Program-made: the position numbers and the translations under genes
Origin: an uncultured Phycisphaerales bacterium
GTDB lineage: Bacteria; Planctomycetota; Phycisphaerae; Tepidisphaerales; Tepidisphaeraceae
Assembly: GCA_963844715.1 (NCBI GenBank)
Contig: CAWJPJ010000007.1
Coordinates: forward strand, 1,360,534-1,424,533
Direction: 5' to 3'
DNA: 64,000 bases
In this document: piece after piece, positions 41,727 to 52,223 of the stretch
Numbering within the stretch: the first letter of the stretch is position 1
Layout: each line of letters starts with the position of its first letter
The notes under the pieces: model-generated
The model's database searches: none
Told to the model about the DNA's origin: nothing
Seen by the model: the letters and a program-made list of their open reading frames with translations, nothing else

Positions 41727-43229
41727 TTAATAAGAGTAGTTGCCAGTTGCCAGTTGCCAGTTGCCAGTTGGGAGGAGATGGCGTCGCTGAGTTTTGCGAT
41801 TCCCGGTTCGATCTGGTCGGGGGCGACCTGGCCGAAACTTAGGCGCATAAAATTTTTGGGGAGGCGGCCGGTTTCGTCGGGTTGGAAGCAGTAATCGCCG
41901 GGGACGTAGATCACGCCGCGATCGACGCAGGATTTGAAGAGCGGCGCTTCGCGCGAGGTGTCGATTCCCGGCGGCAGTGTGAGCCAGATGTATAAGCCGC
42001 CGTGCGGGTGGGTCCAGTGGATCTCCTCATCTTGTCCCCTCTCCCTGTCTTCCGCTGGTTTCCGCAGGATCGGGTGAGGGGACTCTTGTCCCCTCTCCCT
42101 GTACTCGGGGAGAGGGTTAGGGTGAGGGGCAATTCCCGCGCGACCGGCAGAACCCTCACCCCAGCCCTCTCCCTGAGTACATGGAGAGGGGGAAAGAGGG
42201 GACGCCGCAGCTGGCATGTGTTTTTTCAGCGACTCCAGCATCGCATCGCGTTTTTTTCGATAGCTTTCGCACAGTCGCTTCACCTGCTCCTGATAGAGGC
42301 CGCTTTGCATTGCCTCCAGCGCGATGTGCTGGGCGAGGCTGCTGGAGCCGAAGTCGTGATTCCCCTTTTGGTGCATGACAGCCTCTAGCACGTCCGGCGG
42401 CATCGCCGTGTAACCCGTCTTGATTCCTGGGGCGAACGGCTTGCTGAATGTCTGGGTCAGAATCGTAAACTCGTTGGTTTCGTCGAACGATTTGATCGAC
42501 GGCAAAGCCGGGCCGTCATAGCGCAATTCGCGATAGGCGGCGTCTTCGAGAATCAAGATCCGGCGCCGGCGGCTGAATTTTTTGGCGATTTCGAGCAGTC
42601 TTTTCCGCCTTGGAAGGGCAAGCGTCAACCCCGTCGGGTTCTGGTAAAAGCTCTGGACGTAGATGAGCTTGACCTTTTCGAGTTTTCCTTCGCGATCGAT
42701 TTTTTCCAGGAGCTTTTCGATCGCCTCGGGGTCCATTCCGTCCTCGTCGATCGGCACGGTCCGCACATCGGCTCCGAAGGACGCCAGCGTTCCCGTGTAA
42801 ACGAAATAAGAGGGGTTGGCGGCGATGACGATGTCGCCGGGGTCAACCAGGACGTCGCCGATGAGATAAAGGGCCTGCTGGGAGCCGGTGGTGATGACGA
42901 TGTCGCGCTCTGAGACGGCGAAATCGTTGGCCGGTTTGTTCTCCAGGGTTTCAAGATGTTTGACGGCGGCTTTCCGCAGGCCGGCCAGGCCCTGGGTCGT
43001 GTCGTATTGCAGCGCCGCCCGGGCTCGCGGGGTCGGCCAAAATCTTCTGCGTGATCGTCTGCGACGCCTCGATGGGCAGGGTTAGGGGATCGACCAATCC
43101 AGCGGCCAGGTTGATGAGCTTCGGATTCGCCACCACCGCCGCCATCAAAAAGCTGATCGGCTGCTCGCCGGTGCGGCGGGCCTTCGCGGATAAGCCGATT
43201 TCCGGGGGTTTGGGTTCTTGTGAGGACAT
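41723..43229 (-). CDS. PLP-dependent class I/II aminotransferase (LysN/MocR-like catalytic domain); frameshift near 43020; contains an in-frame repeat insertion
   Basis: TTGSQQAL, YQNPTG, ILEDAAY, TFSKPFAPG, MRLSF. Confidence 0.92.
41738..41770. repeat. Family C 7-mer tandem repeat (GTTGCCA) inside the aminotransferase 3' end
   Basis: gttgcca x4; translated as QLATGNWQLAT. Confidence 0.85.
42030..42205. repeat. Cluster of family A repeats in-frame within the aminotransferase
   Basis: cccctctccctgtactcggggagaggg and ccctcaccccagccctctccctgagtacatggagaggggg. Confidence 0.9.
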
Positions 43230-43350
43230 ACAGAATGATCATGCTAGCCAAGCCTATCTGTAGCGGCAATTGTGCGGTGTAAGTGCCGATAAATGCTTCA
43301 ATTCAGATGCGATGCAGGGCGCAGCGGGTCAGCCGATTGACAATCCACAG

Positions 43351-43734
43351 TTAATTGGGAGGCAGCGGGGGAGGAAGATGTTGCAGGCGCGGCTTATCGA
43401 CTTTTAAGAAACCGTAGATGGCCAAGGCGGTGCCGAACGGAATTGACACGAGCAAGATGATGTTTAATGCGAAAGTTGGCCAGCGACGGTAAGTCGGTAG
43501 AAGTATACGAATCAAAAGAACCAAAAGGCTCACCGCGCCATAAGCAGCCTCTGTAAAAACTATCAACTGGAATGCGGGTTTGGTATTCGCCGGCGTAGTC
43601 GGAAGCCACATCATCCAGACCATAAAGCCAACACCCATTAACAAAAAGAAAGCGAAAGCCGCTAAAAGTGAAGAATAAACGGCGTCGTGATTTGTCGGAA
43701 TCGGTTTACCGGGTGTTTGATAATTTAGGGTCAT
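43351..43734 (-). CDS. Small membrane protein, lower GC
   Basis: Three to four hydrophobic segments; IPFGTALAIYG motif. Confidence 0.7.
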   Translation of the reverse strand: MTLNYQTPGKPIPTNHDAVYSSLLAAFAFFLLMGVGFMVWMMWLPTTPANTKPAFQLIVFTEAAYGAVSLLVLLIRILLPTYRRWPTFALNIILLVSIPFGTALAIYGFLKVDKPRLQHLPPPLPPN

Positions 43735-43823
43735 GATTTTTCCGGCAATAAGCGGGCAAACTCGTCCGCCCTCGCAATTTTCGGCTTGGGCGATCAATAT
43801 ATGCCGCGACACAGGAGCTTGCC

Positions 43824-44060
43824 ATGCCCAGCACCGAAGACGAACTTCGCAAAGCACTCAAAGCCTTTAAAAAGCGATTGAAGCTCACGCGCCTCGACGA
43901 CGATTCCAAGTTGGGACACAGCCCCCTGACGGGCGGGTCCCAGGGCAAAATCGTCTCCATCCAACCACCATCGGGCTTTGGGCGGGATATTTGGGAGGAA
44001 CTGGCCGATCAGGGCAAGCTGAAACGCGACGGGACAGGCTTTTACGAGCTCGTCGAATAG
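43824..44060 (+). CDS. Small hypothetical protein
   Basis: 78 aa, AGGAG RBS; ALKAFKKRLKLTRLDDDSKLG. Confidence 0.8.
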   Translation: MPSTEDELRKALKAFKKRLKLTRLDDDSKLGHSPLTGGSQGKIVSIQPPSGFGRDIWEELADQGKLKRDGTGFYELVE

Positions 44061-44086
44061 CGGTCCGTAGCCGGTATTTGCCTTGA

Positions 44087-44143
44087 CTGGCAACTGGCAA
44101 CTGGCAACTCGCAACTATTCCAAACAACTGGCAACTGGCAACT
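44087..44143. repeat. Family C 7-mer tandem repeats (CTGGCAA) upstream of alaS
   Basis: ctggcaa x3, then x2. Confidence 0.85.
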
Positions 44144-44166
44144 TCTTCCCTCATAATTCTCGCCCC

Positions 44167-47100
44167 ATGACTTCGGCCGAGATTCGCCAGCAATTTCATC
44201 GATTTTTTCGTGCAGAAGCACGGGCACACGTTCGTGCCGTCGTCGCCGGTCGTGCCGCTGGATGATCCGACGCTGCTGTTCACCAACGCGGGGATGAATC
44301 AGTTCAAGCCGATTTTTCTGGGGCAGGAAAAGCGCACCTATACGCGGGCGGCCAATACGCAAAAGTGCATCCGGGCCGGGGGGAAGCACAACGATCTGGA
44401 CGACGTCGGGCCGCAGCCGGCGGCATCACACGTTTTTTGAAATGCTCGGCAACTGGAGCTTTGGCGATTATTTCAAGCGCGGGGCGATCGAGATGGCGTG
44501 GGAGCTGCTCACCAAGGTCTGGAAGATCGATCCCACGCGATTGCATGCGACGTGCTACGAGGGGGATGAGAAAAACGGCATTCCCCGCGATGAGGAGGCG
44601 GCCAAGTTGTGGAAGGAAATTGCCGGGCTGCCGGACGATCAAATCCATTATTTCGGCAAGGACAATTTCTGGGAGATGGGGGACACCGGGCCGTGCGGGC
44701 CTTGCAGCGAGATTCACATCGACCGCACGCCGGATAAAAGCGGCGGCAGATTCGTCAACGGCGACGATCCGCGGGTGATGGAAATTTGGAATCTGGTTTT
44801 CATCCAGTACAACCGGGATGCGGCCGGGAAACTGACGCCGCTGCCGGCCAGGCACGTGGATACGGGGATGGGGTTCGAGCGGATTTGCCAGGTTTTGCAG
44901 AGGAAAGAGGACAATTACGCGACGGATTTGTGGACGCCGCTGTTTGATCGCATATCTGAGATTTCAAATTTCAAATATGCGGGCAAATTCCCGAAGACCA
45001 ACGTCGCCGACCCGGCGGCCGAGGCGGCGGATGAACAGCTTCGGCATGATATTGCGTTTCGAGTCGTGGCGGATCATGCGCGATGCCTGACGTTTGCGCT
45101 GACGGATGGGGCGGTGCCGAGCAACGAAGGGCGCGGGTATGTGCTGCGGCGGATTCTGCGCCGCGCGGCCCGGTTTGGGCGGCAGCATTTGGATCTGCAC
45201 GAGCCGTTCCTGCATGAACTGGTGCCCGTAATCGTCGATTCGATGGGGGCGGCGTTTCCGGAATTGGAGAAGAATCCGAAGCATGTGATTGATCTTATAA
45301 AGGAGGAGGAGGTTTCGTTCGGGCGGACTTTGGATCGCGGGATAGCGCTATTCGAATTCGCGGCCGCCAACGAGATTGGTAAACAATACGCTGAGTTGCT
45401 GGGGCGCGGCTGGGTATTAAGCCCTGGGCAACCCGTGCGCGTCGCGGAAGATTCAGCCCGAGGACGAGCCGCAGCCTTAGAGCAAATCTCGTCGGAGCTT
45501 AACTTTATCAATGGCGAAACGCGGGAGAGGATTGGGCCAATTCCTACTGACCAAGCGCTCTCCGAACTCAGCGGCCGACAAAAGGAATTGCGGATCGACG
45601 CGGCGAGCGCTTTCAAATTGCACGACACCTACGGATTCCCCATCGATCTGACGCGCATCATGGCCGAGGAGCGCGGCCTGAAGGTCGATCTCGACGGGTA
45701 TGAAAAATTGATGGAGCGCGCGAAGGAACTGGCGCGGGCGGGCGGGAAGACGGAGGAATCTTCGCTGGCGGAGTTGTCGCCCGATTCGGTGTCGCAGCTT
45801 GCGCAAACTGGCGTGAAGGCCACGGACGATCATTTCAAATTTTCGCACGAGCCGATCCAGGCGACGGTGATGGCGATTTGGAATGGCGACGACCTGGGTC
45901 TTTCGCCCGCCTCGGCGATTGAAGACGAAGAATTGGCGATCATTCTGGATCGCACGAATTTTTACGCGGAAATGGGCGGGCAAGTTGGCGACAAAGGGGA
46001 ACTTCGTCTTCTGATCCGTTCTCCTCAGTCCTCTGCTAGCTTCCGCGGGATGGGTGAGGGGTCTTCTCATAATGACGAAACGCCCCCCACCCCAGCCCTC
46101 CCCCAGAGTACTGGGAGAGGGGGCAATACTTTCGACGTCCAAAATACTCGGTCCGTCGGCGGGTTTGTGCTGCATATCGGGCGTTTGCGGAGTGGGCAGA
46201 TTCATGTTGGGGAGCGCGTCGAGGCCGTTGTCCTCGGTGGTCGCGAACGAACGGAGAAAAATCACACGAGCACGCACATCGCCAATTGGGCTTTGCGTGA
46301 AGTCCTGGGCGACGGCGTTCAGCAAAAAGGCTCGCTTGTCGATGCCGAAAAACTCCGGTTCGATTTCTCCCATGGCAAGTCGATGGCGGATGAGGAAATC
46401 TCGAAAGTCGAGGATTTGGTCAATCGAGAGATTGGGAAAAAATTGCCTGTCTACGCCGAGGAAGCGGAGCAGGGTCAGGCATTGAAGATCAACGGGCTGC
46501 GGGCCGTGTTTGGTGAAAAATATCCGCCGCGCGTGCGGGTTGTGTCCATCGGCGTCCCTGTTAAGGATTTGCTCGCGGATCCCGCGAATCCGAAATGGCG
46601 GCAATACTCCATCGAATTCTGCGGCGGGACGCATCTGAAAAATTCGGATCAGATCGCTCAATTCGTCCTGACGGCCGAGGAATCTGTCAGTAAGGGGATT
46701 CGGCGAATCGTGGCCGTCACGGGAGATTCCGCGGGGGCCGTTAAGCACTCCGGCGAGGAGCTTGAAAAATCGATCGAACACGCACGGCTAGCGCCTGAGG
46801 AACAGTTGCCGAGCTTGATCAACACGTTGCAAAAATCGGCGGGGGGGCAAATTCCGCTCCGCGTGAAACGCCGCGCCCAGGTGGCTATCGCGGAGCTTCA
46901 GGCGAAGCACAAAGCCTTCGAAAAATCCAAAGCCTCGCGCGGGGGGCAAGTGGATGCGGTTAAAGTGGCCGGCGAGTTACTGGCCGAAGCCAACGGTCCG
47001 GTCATCGTCGGGCAGATTCCAGGCGCGAGCGACGAGCAGCTTCGCTCCGCCATGGATTCCCTGAAAAAGAAATCCCCTAGCCACGCGATCATGCTGGCGT

Positions 47101-47315
47101 CGGCCATCGACCAGAAGGTGACGTTCGTGGCGGCGGTCAGCGACGATCTCATTGCCAAAGGCCTTAAGGCGGGTGATTGGGTGAAACAGGTCGCCGCCGT
47201 CGCGGGCGGCGGCGGAGGGGGGAGGCCGCAGATGGCGCAGGGAAGCGGGAAGGAGCCCGCTGCTATTGAAGCCGCTTTGGATAAGGCACGCGACTTGGCA
47301 AGGGGAGTCGGTTGA
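44167..47315 (+). CDS. alaS: Alanine--tRNA ligase (frameshifts near 44195 and 44412; two in-frame insertions)
   Basis: [63 protein letters not shown]. Confidence 0.98.
46030..46125. repeat. Family A repeat in-frame within alaS
   Basis: gctagcttccgcgggatgggtgagggg ... ccccccaccccagccctcccccagagtactgggagaggggg. Confidence 0.88.
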
Positions 47316-47317
47316 CC

Positions 47318-47455
47318 CCCGAAACCCGAAGCCCGAAACCGGAAATCCGAATCAAACCCGAATGCCCGAATGATTGAATTAGCGAAATGGCCCCTTTCGG
47401 TCATTTGGGCATTTGGGATTGATTCTGGTTTCTGGTTTCGGGCTTCTGGTTTCGC
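47318..47455. repeat. Family D hairpin (CCGAAA/CCGAAT 7-8-mer arms)
   Basis: gaaacccgaagcccgaaaccggaaatccgaatcaaacccgaatgcccgaatga with a complementary right arm. Confidence 0.85.
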
Positions 47456-47468
47456 GGTTCGGCCGTTC

Positions 47469-47497
47469 TTGACAGAACCCTCCCCCCCAAATAGGCT
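47469..47497 (+). promoter_or_regulatory. Sigma70 promoter of the rpmF-plsX-fab operon
   Basis: TTGACA-N17-TAGGCT. Confidence 0.6.
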
Positions 47498-47555
47498 TTT
47501 GCCGAACAGCGCGGCGGGTGATACCCGCCGTGGCTTTTTATTGGGAGCCGTCTTT

Positions 47556-47741
47556 ATGCAACCGGTCATGAAAATCAGTAAGTCCCGCAAGCGTAAACGC
47601 CGCTCCCATCATGCGCTACGTCCGATCCATTATGTTCGCTGCCCGCAGTGCGGGAACGCGAAGCTGCCCCATTGTGCGTGCGACAATTGCGGATACGTCA
47701 ATCCCAAGCTGGCGCTGCAAATGGAAGAAGAGCAAGGATGA
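47556..47741 (+). CDS. rpmF: 50S ribosomal protein L32
   Basis: KISKSRKRKRRSH, CPQC...HCACDNCGY; directly upstream of plsX. Confidence 0.95.
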   Translation: MQPVMKISKSRKRKRRSHHALRPIHYVRCPQCGNAKLPHCACDNCGYVNPKLALQMEEEQG

Positions 47742-47754
47742 GATGCAAGAAGTT

Positions 47755-47833
47755 GTTCGTTGTTAGTTGCTAGTTGCTAGATTCACTAGCGCAACCCGTG
47801 CAACTAGCAACTGACAACTAGCAACTGGCAACT
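47755..47833. repeat. Family C-like hairpin (GTTGCTA / TAGCAAC 7-mers)
   Basis: gttagttgctagttgctag ... ctagcaactgacaactagcaactggcaac. Confidence 0.8.
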
Positions 47834-47847
47834 CCGTAGGAGGATCA

Positions 47848-48867
47848 GTGCGAGTTGCGGTGGATGTAATGGGTGGCGACCACGCCCCCACGCAAATTCT
47901 GCAAGGATGCTGGCAAGCCGGTTCGTTGCTCGACGGCCAGGATGCTGTTTACCTTGTCGGCGACGAAGCGGTCATTCGCGACGGCCTGGATTCCTCGCCA
48001 CTCTCCCCCCAGCAAAAAAATCGCTTTCATATTGTGCCGACCACGCAGGTCATCGCGATGGACGAATCGCCGGTCGAGGCAATCCGGAGTAAACCCGACA
48101 GCAGCATCGCCGTGATGTGCAAGCTCGCGGCCAAGAAGGAAGCGGATGTTGTGATCTCCGCGGGGAACACGGGCGCGTGCGTCGCGGCGGCGCAGTTGCG
48201 CATGCGGTTGCTGCCGGGCGTGAGCCGGCCGGGGATCGCCATCATTTTGCCGACGACGCATGGGCAAGTGGTCATCTGCGACGTCGGCGCCAATCCGGAA
48301 CCCAAGCCGCAGCATTTGGAGCAATATGCCTACATGGCCGGCGCTTACGCGACGGCCGTATGCGGCGTGCAAGACCCGCGCGTGGGGCTTCTGAGCATCG
48401 GCGAAGAGGACGCCAAGGGGAATTCCGTTGTCAAAGAGACGGGAAAGCTGCTGCGCGACGAGCCGCAGATCAATTTCGTGGGCAACGTCGAGGGGCGCGA
48501 TCTGTTTACCGGCGTCGTGGACGTGGTCGTATGCGACGGATTTGTCGGAAATATCGTGCTGAAATTCACGGAAGGGATGGCCGAGGGGCTGTTTAAGCTG
48601 ATTGCCGCGGAATTACAGGAAGCCGCGCCCGAGCTGGTCGGAAATTTCGCGCCGGTGATGAAGAAAATTTACGCGAAGCACGACTGGCAGGAATACGGCG
48701 GCGCGCCGCTGCTGGGCGTCGACGGGTATTGCCTGATCTGCCACGGCCGATCCGAAGCCAAGGCCATCAAGAACGCCATTCGCGTCGCCAAGACCCTCAC
48801 GACGAGCAATATCAACGACACCATCGTGAAAAGAATCCGGGACAGCATTCGACCCGACGCGGCATAG
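47848..48867 (+). CDS. plsX: Phosphate acyltransferase PlsX
   Basis: VAVDVMGGDHAP, SAGNTGA, GNVEGRD, CDGFVGN, GGAPLLGV. Confidence 0.97.
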   Translation: MRVAVDVMGGDHAPTQILQGCWQAGSLLDGQDAVYLVGDEAVIRDGLDSSPLSPQQKNRFHIVPTTQVIAMDESPVEAIRSKPDSSIAVMCKLAAKKEADVVISAGNTGACVAAAQLRMRLLPGVSRPGIAIILPTTHGQVVICDVGANPEPKPQHLEQYAYMAGAYATAVCGVQDPRVGLLSIGEEDAKGNSVVKETGKLLRDEPQINFVGNVEGRDLFTGVVDVVVCDGFVGNIVLKFTEGMAEGLFKLIAAELQEAAPELVGNFAPVMKKIYAKHDWQEYGGAPLLGVDGYCLICHGRSEAKAIKNAIRVAKTLTTSNINDTIVKRIRDSIRPDAA

Positions 48868-48881
48868 AACTTTAGTCAACG

Positions 48882-49872
48882 ATGAATCCTCTTTATTCCG
48901 CCATCTTCACCGGCTTCGGCAGTCAACTGCCGGAAAAGCGGCTCACCAACGACGATCTCTCGAAGATGGTCGATACCAATGACGATTGGATCGTGCAGCG
49001 GACGGGCATCCGCGAGCGGCGCATTGCCGCCGAGGGCGAAACCACGGCTTCGCTTGCGACGGCGGCGGCGAAGAAAGCGATCGCGTCGGCGGGGATCGAG
49101 GCGAAGGACATCGAGCTGATCATCGTTGCCACGATCACGCCCGAGATGGTTTTCCCGGCTACGTCCTGCTTCGTCGGCGCGGCTTTGGGAATTCCCGGCG
49201 TCGGGCGCGTTTGATTTAACCGCCGCGTGCAGCGGATTTATCTATGCGGCCGTCACCGGTGCCAACTTCGTCAAGGCGGGGCAATACAAGACGGTTCTGG
49301 TGATTGGCGCGGAAACGCTCAGCCGCATCACGGATTTCAAAGACCGATCGAGTTGTATTTTATTTGGCGACGGCGCCGGCGCGGTGGTCATTCAGCGTTC
49401 GACGGATCCCAAACGCGGCTTAATCTATTCGACGCTTCACGCCGACGGGAACGGCGCGGAGGCGATGAAGTGCATCCCGGGCAGCCGGAATCCGATGACC
49501 GTGGAGCTGCTTCAGAATCGGCAGCAATTTATGCAGATCAAGGGGCGAGAGGTTTACAAATTCGCGGTCACGAAATTTGAGGAATTGATCGAGGAAGCGA
49601 TGCGGGCGTGCGAGCTGACCAACGATCAGGTGAAGCTGATCGTTCCGCATCAGGTGAACCAGCGGATTATCGACTCGGCGATGGAGAAGCTCGGCCTGCC
49701 CGCCGACAAGGCATATGTGAACATCGACCGCTACGGGAACACGTCGGCCGCTTCCATCCCCATCGCCCTCGATGAAGCACACAAGGCCGGGCTGCTGAAG
49801 CAGGGGGACACGGTGATTTTCGTCGCCTTTGGCGGCGGGCTGACCTGGGCGAATGCGGTTTTGAAAATCTAG
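48882..49872 (+). CDS. fabH: 3-oxoacyl-ACP synthase III (frameshift near 49205)
   Basis: WIVQRTGIRERR, AACSGF, LFGDGAGA, PHQVN, YGNTSAAS. Confidence 0.97.
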
Positions 49873-49888
49873 AGTTTGGAAAGCAACG

Positions 49889-50018
49889 GCATTGGCACAG
49901 AGAGCACAGAGGACACAGAGGACACGGAGAAATGCAAAAAGAGTTGGATGACAAAAATAAAAAAAACTGATTTTCCTCTCTGTGTTCTCTGTGCTCTCTG
50001 TGTCCTCTGTGCCAATGC
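49889..50018. repeat. Family B hairpin between fabH and fabD
   Basis: gcattggcacagagagcacagaggacacagag ... ctctgtgctctctgtgtcctctgtgccaatgc. Confidence 0.9.
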
Positions 50019-50038
50019 TGTTGTTTTGAATCATTAGG

Positions 50039-50941
50039 ATGGCAAATAGCCTCTATATTTTGTGTCCCGGGCAAGGGCGCAAGCGGTCGGCATGGGCAAG
50101 GCCGCGTTCGACGCGTCGCCCGCCGCGCGCGGGTTTTTCGAAACCGCGAATCGGGTCCTGGGGTTCGACCTTACGGCAATTTGCTTTTCCGGGCCGGAAG
50201 AGCGGTTGAATCAAACGGATGTCAGCCAGCCGGCGCTTTACACGGCCGGCGTCGCGAGTTTTCAGCATGCGATCGAAAAAGGGATGTTCGACGCGGCGGC
50301 TGTTACGTCGTATGCGGGACTCAGCCTGGGCGAATATACGGCCCTGCACCTGGCGGGGGCGTTTGGGTTTGAGGAAGGTCTGAAACTGGTGGCCGCTCGC
50401 GGCAGATATATGCAGGAGGCCGCGGTGGCATCGCCCAGCGGAATGGTCGCGATCCTGGGCGCTGATGAAGGGGCGGCCAAAGCGATCTGCGACAGCGCCG
50501 CCGGCGACGAAGTGCTGGTTCCGGCGAATTTCAACGCGCCGGGCAGATCGTGCTCAGCGGTTCAAACCCGGCCTGCCAAAGGGCCCTGGCGGCGGCGGAA
50601 GCTGCGGGATTTAAGGCGACCGCACTAAAAGTCGCCGGTGCGTTTCACAGCCCCCTGATGCAATCGGCGGCCGATAAGATGAAAGCGGAATTGGATAAAG
50701 TGAATATCAGCGTTCCGAAGCGCGGGTCTATTCGAATGTCACCGCCGAAAAGCACGGCGACCCCGATTCGATCAAGCGCCGGCTCGTCGAACAGATTGTC
50801 AGCCCGGTGCGCTGGGAACAAACCATGCAGGCCCTGTTGGCCGGCGGCGAAGCGCGATTCATCGAGTTATCGCCGGGCCGCACCCTCGCGGGCCTCGCCA
50901 AGCGAATAAATCGACGATTACCGGTGGAGAGTCTCGGATAA
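50039..50941 (+). CDS. fabD: Malonyl-CoA:ACP transacylase (frameshifts near 50078, 50540 and 50720)
   Basis: PGQGAQ, SQPAL, GLSLGEY, VAGAFHSPLM, SPVRWE. Confidence 0.95.
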
Positions 50942-50947
50942 TGAAAC

Positions 50948-51073
50948 AGCATTGGCACAGAGAGCACAGAGGACACGGAGAGCACAGAGAATTCAATGCA
51001 ACAAAGCAAAAAACAAATTTCGGATTTTCTTCTCTGTGTTCTCTGTGCTCTCTGTGATCTCCGTGCTGATGCT
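50948..51073. repeat. Family B hairpin between fabD and fabG
   Basis: agcattggcacagagagcacagaggacacggag ... ctctgtgctctctgtgatctccgtgctgatgct. Confidence 0.9.
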
Positions 51074-51107
51074 TTTCGCCTTTACTTGATCGCAGGAGCA
51101 ATCGGAA

Positions 51108-51845
51108 ATGACAGATAAACGTGTAGCGCTGGTGACAGGCGGATCGCGCGGGATCGGCGCGGCGATCGTCAAGCGCTTGGCCAAGGACGGTTTTCACGTC
51201 GTCGCGCTGGCGCGGAACGCGGAGAAGTTGCAGCAGATTTGCGGCGAGGTTGCCGCCGAGGGAGGGTCCGCCGAGGCCGTGACGTGTGATATTGCCGACA
51301 GCACGGCGCTCGCGGCGGCGGTGGAAGGGGCGGCGGAGCGACTCGGCCGGCTCGACGTGCTGGTGAACAACGCCGGCATCACCAAGGACGGGCTCATCCT
51401 GCGGATGGACGACAAGGATTTTGATTCGGTGATTGAAACGAACTTGAAAAGCGCCTTCGTGTCCATTCGCTCGGCGGCTCGCCCGATGATGCGGCGCCAA
51501 GGGCGGGCGGATCATCAATATCAGCTCGGTTTCGGGCGTCGCCGGAAACGCCGGGCAGGCGAACTACGCCGCCAGCAAGGCGGGATTGATCGGTCTGAGC
51601 AAGTCGGTGGCCAAGGAACTGGCGGGGAAGAATATTACGTGCAACGTGGTGGCGCCCGGCTTCGTCACGACGGATATGACGGACGTTTTGAACGATCAGA
51701 TCAAGGAAGGGGCCAAGGCTTTGATCCCGCTGAAGCGCTTTGGCGCACCCACGAGATCGCGGCGGTGGTGGCCTTCCTCGCCAGCCCGGATGCGGGATAT
51801 GTAACCGGGCAAGTGATCTGCGTTGACGGCGGTATGGTGATGTAA
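51108..51845 (+). CDS. fabG: 3-oxoacyl-ACP reductase (frameshifts near 51490 and 51750)
   Basis: [34 protein letters not shown]. Confidence 0.96.
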   Translation: MTDKRVALVTGGSRGIGAAIVKRLAKDGFHVVALARNAEKLQQICGEVAAEGGSAEAVTCDIADSTALAAAVEGAAERLGRLDVLVNNAGITKDGLILRMDDKDFDSVIETNLKSAFVSIRSAARPMMRRQGRADHQYQLGFGRRRKRRAGELRRQQGGIDRSEQVGGQGTGGEEYYVQRGGARLRHDGYDGRFERSDQGRGQGFDPAEALWRTHEIAAVVAFLASPDAGYVTGQVICVDGGMVM

Positions 51846-51944
51846 CTCCGTTGGGTTGCAAAAGCCCCCGTCACGGCTATAGTTTTTCCACTCTCGGGCC
51901 GCGTGGTCCGGGGTTTATCGCAAGGGTCAGGGCAGGTGGATTCT

Positions 51945-52187
51945 ATGGAAGACATCGATACGAAGGTGATCGAAATCGTCAGCGAACAAATGGGCGTTGA
52001 TAAGAGCGAAATCACGCGGGAAACGCACTTTATCAACGACCTCAACGCGGATTCGCTGGATACCGTCGAGTTGGTCATGGAATTCGAGGATGAGTTCGAG
52101 CTCTCCATCCCTGACGAAGAGGCGGAGAAAATCCAGACCGTCGGGCAGGCGATCGATTACATCAAGGAACACTCTGGTAACAAGTAA
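51945..52187 (+). CDS. acpP: Acyl carrier protein
   Basis: [20 protein letters not shown]. Confidence 0.98.
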   Translation: MEDIDTKVIEIVSEQMGVDKSEITRETHFINDLNADSLDTVELVMEFEDEFELSIPDEEAEKIQTVGQAIDYIKEHSGNK

Positions 52188-52223
52188 CGAACTCGAGCCG
52201 TAACCGATCGAGCGTTCCCGAGC

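Noticed and set aside
45350..45595. Intein in alaS
   Set aside because: Too short and lacks intein terminal residues and splicing blocks.
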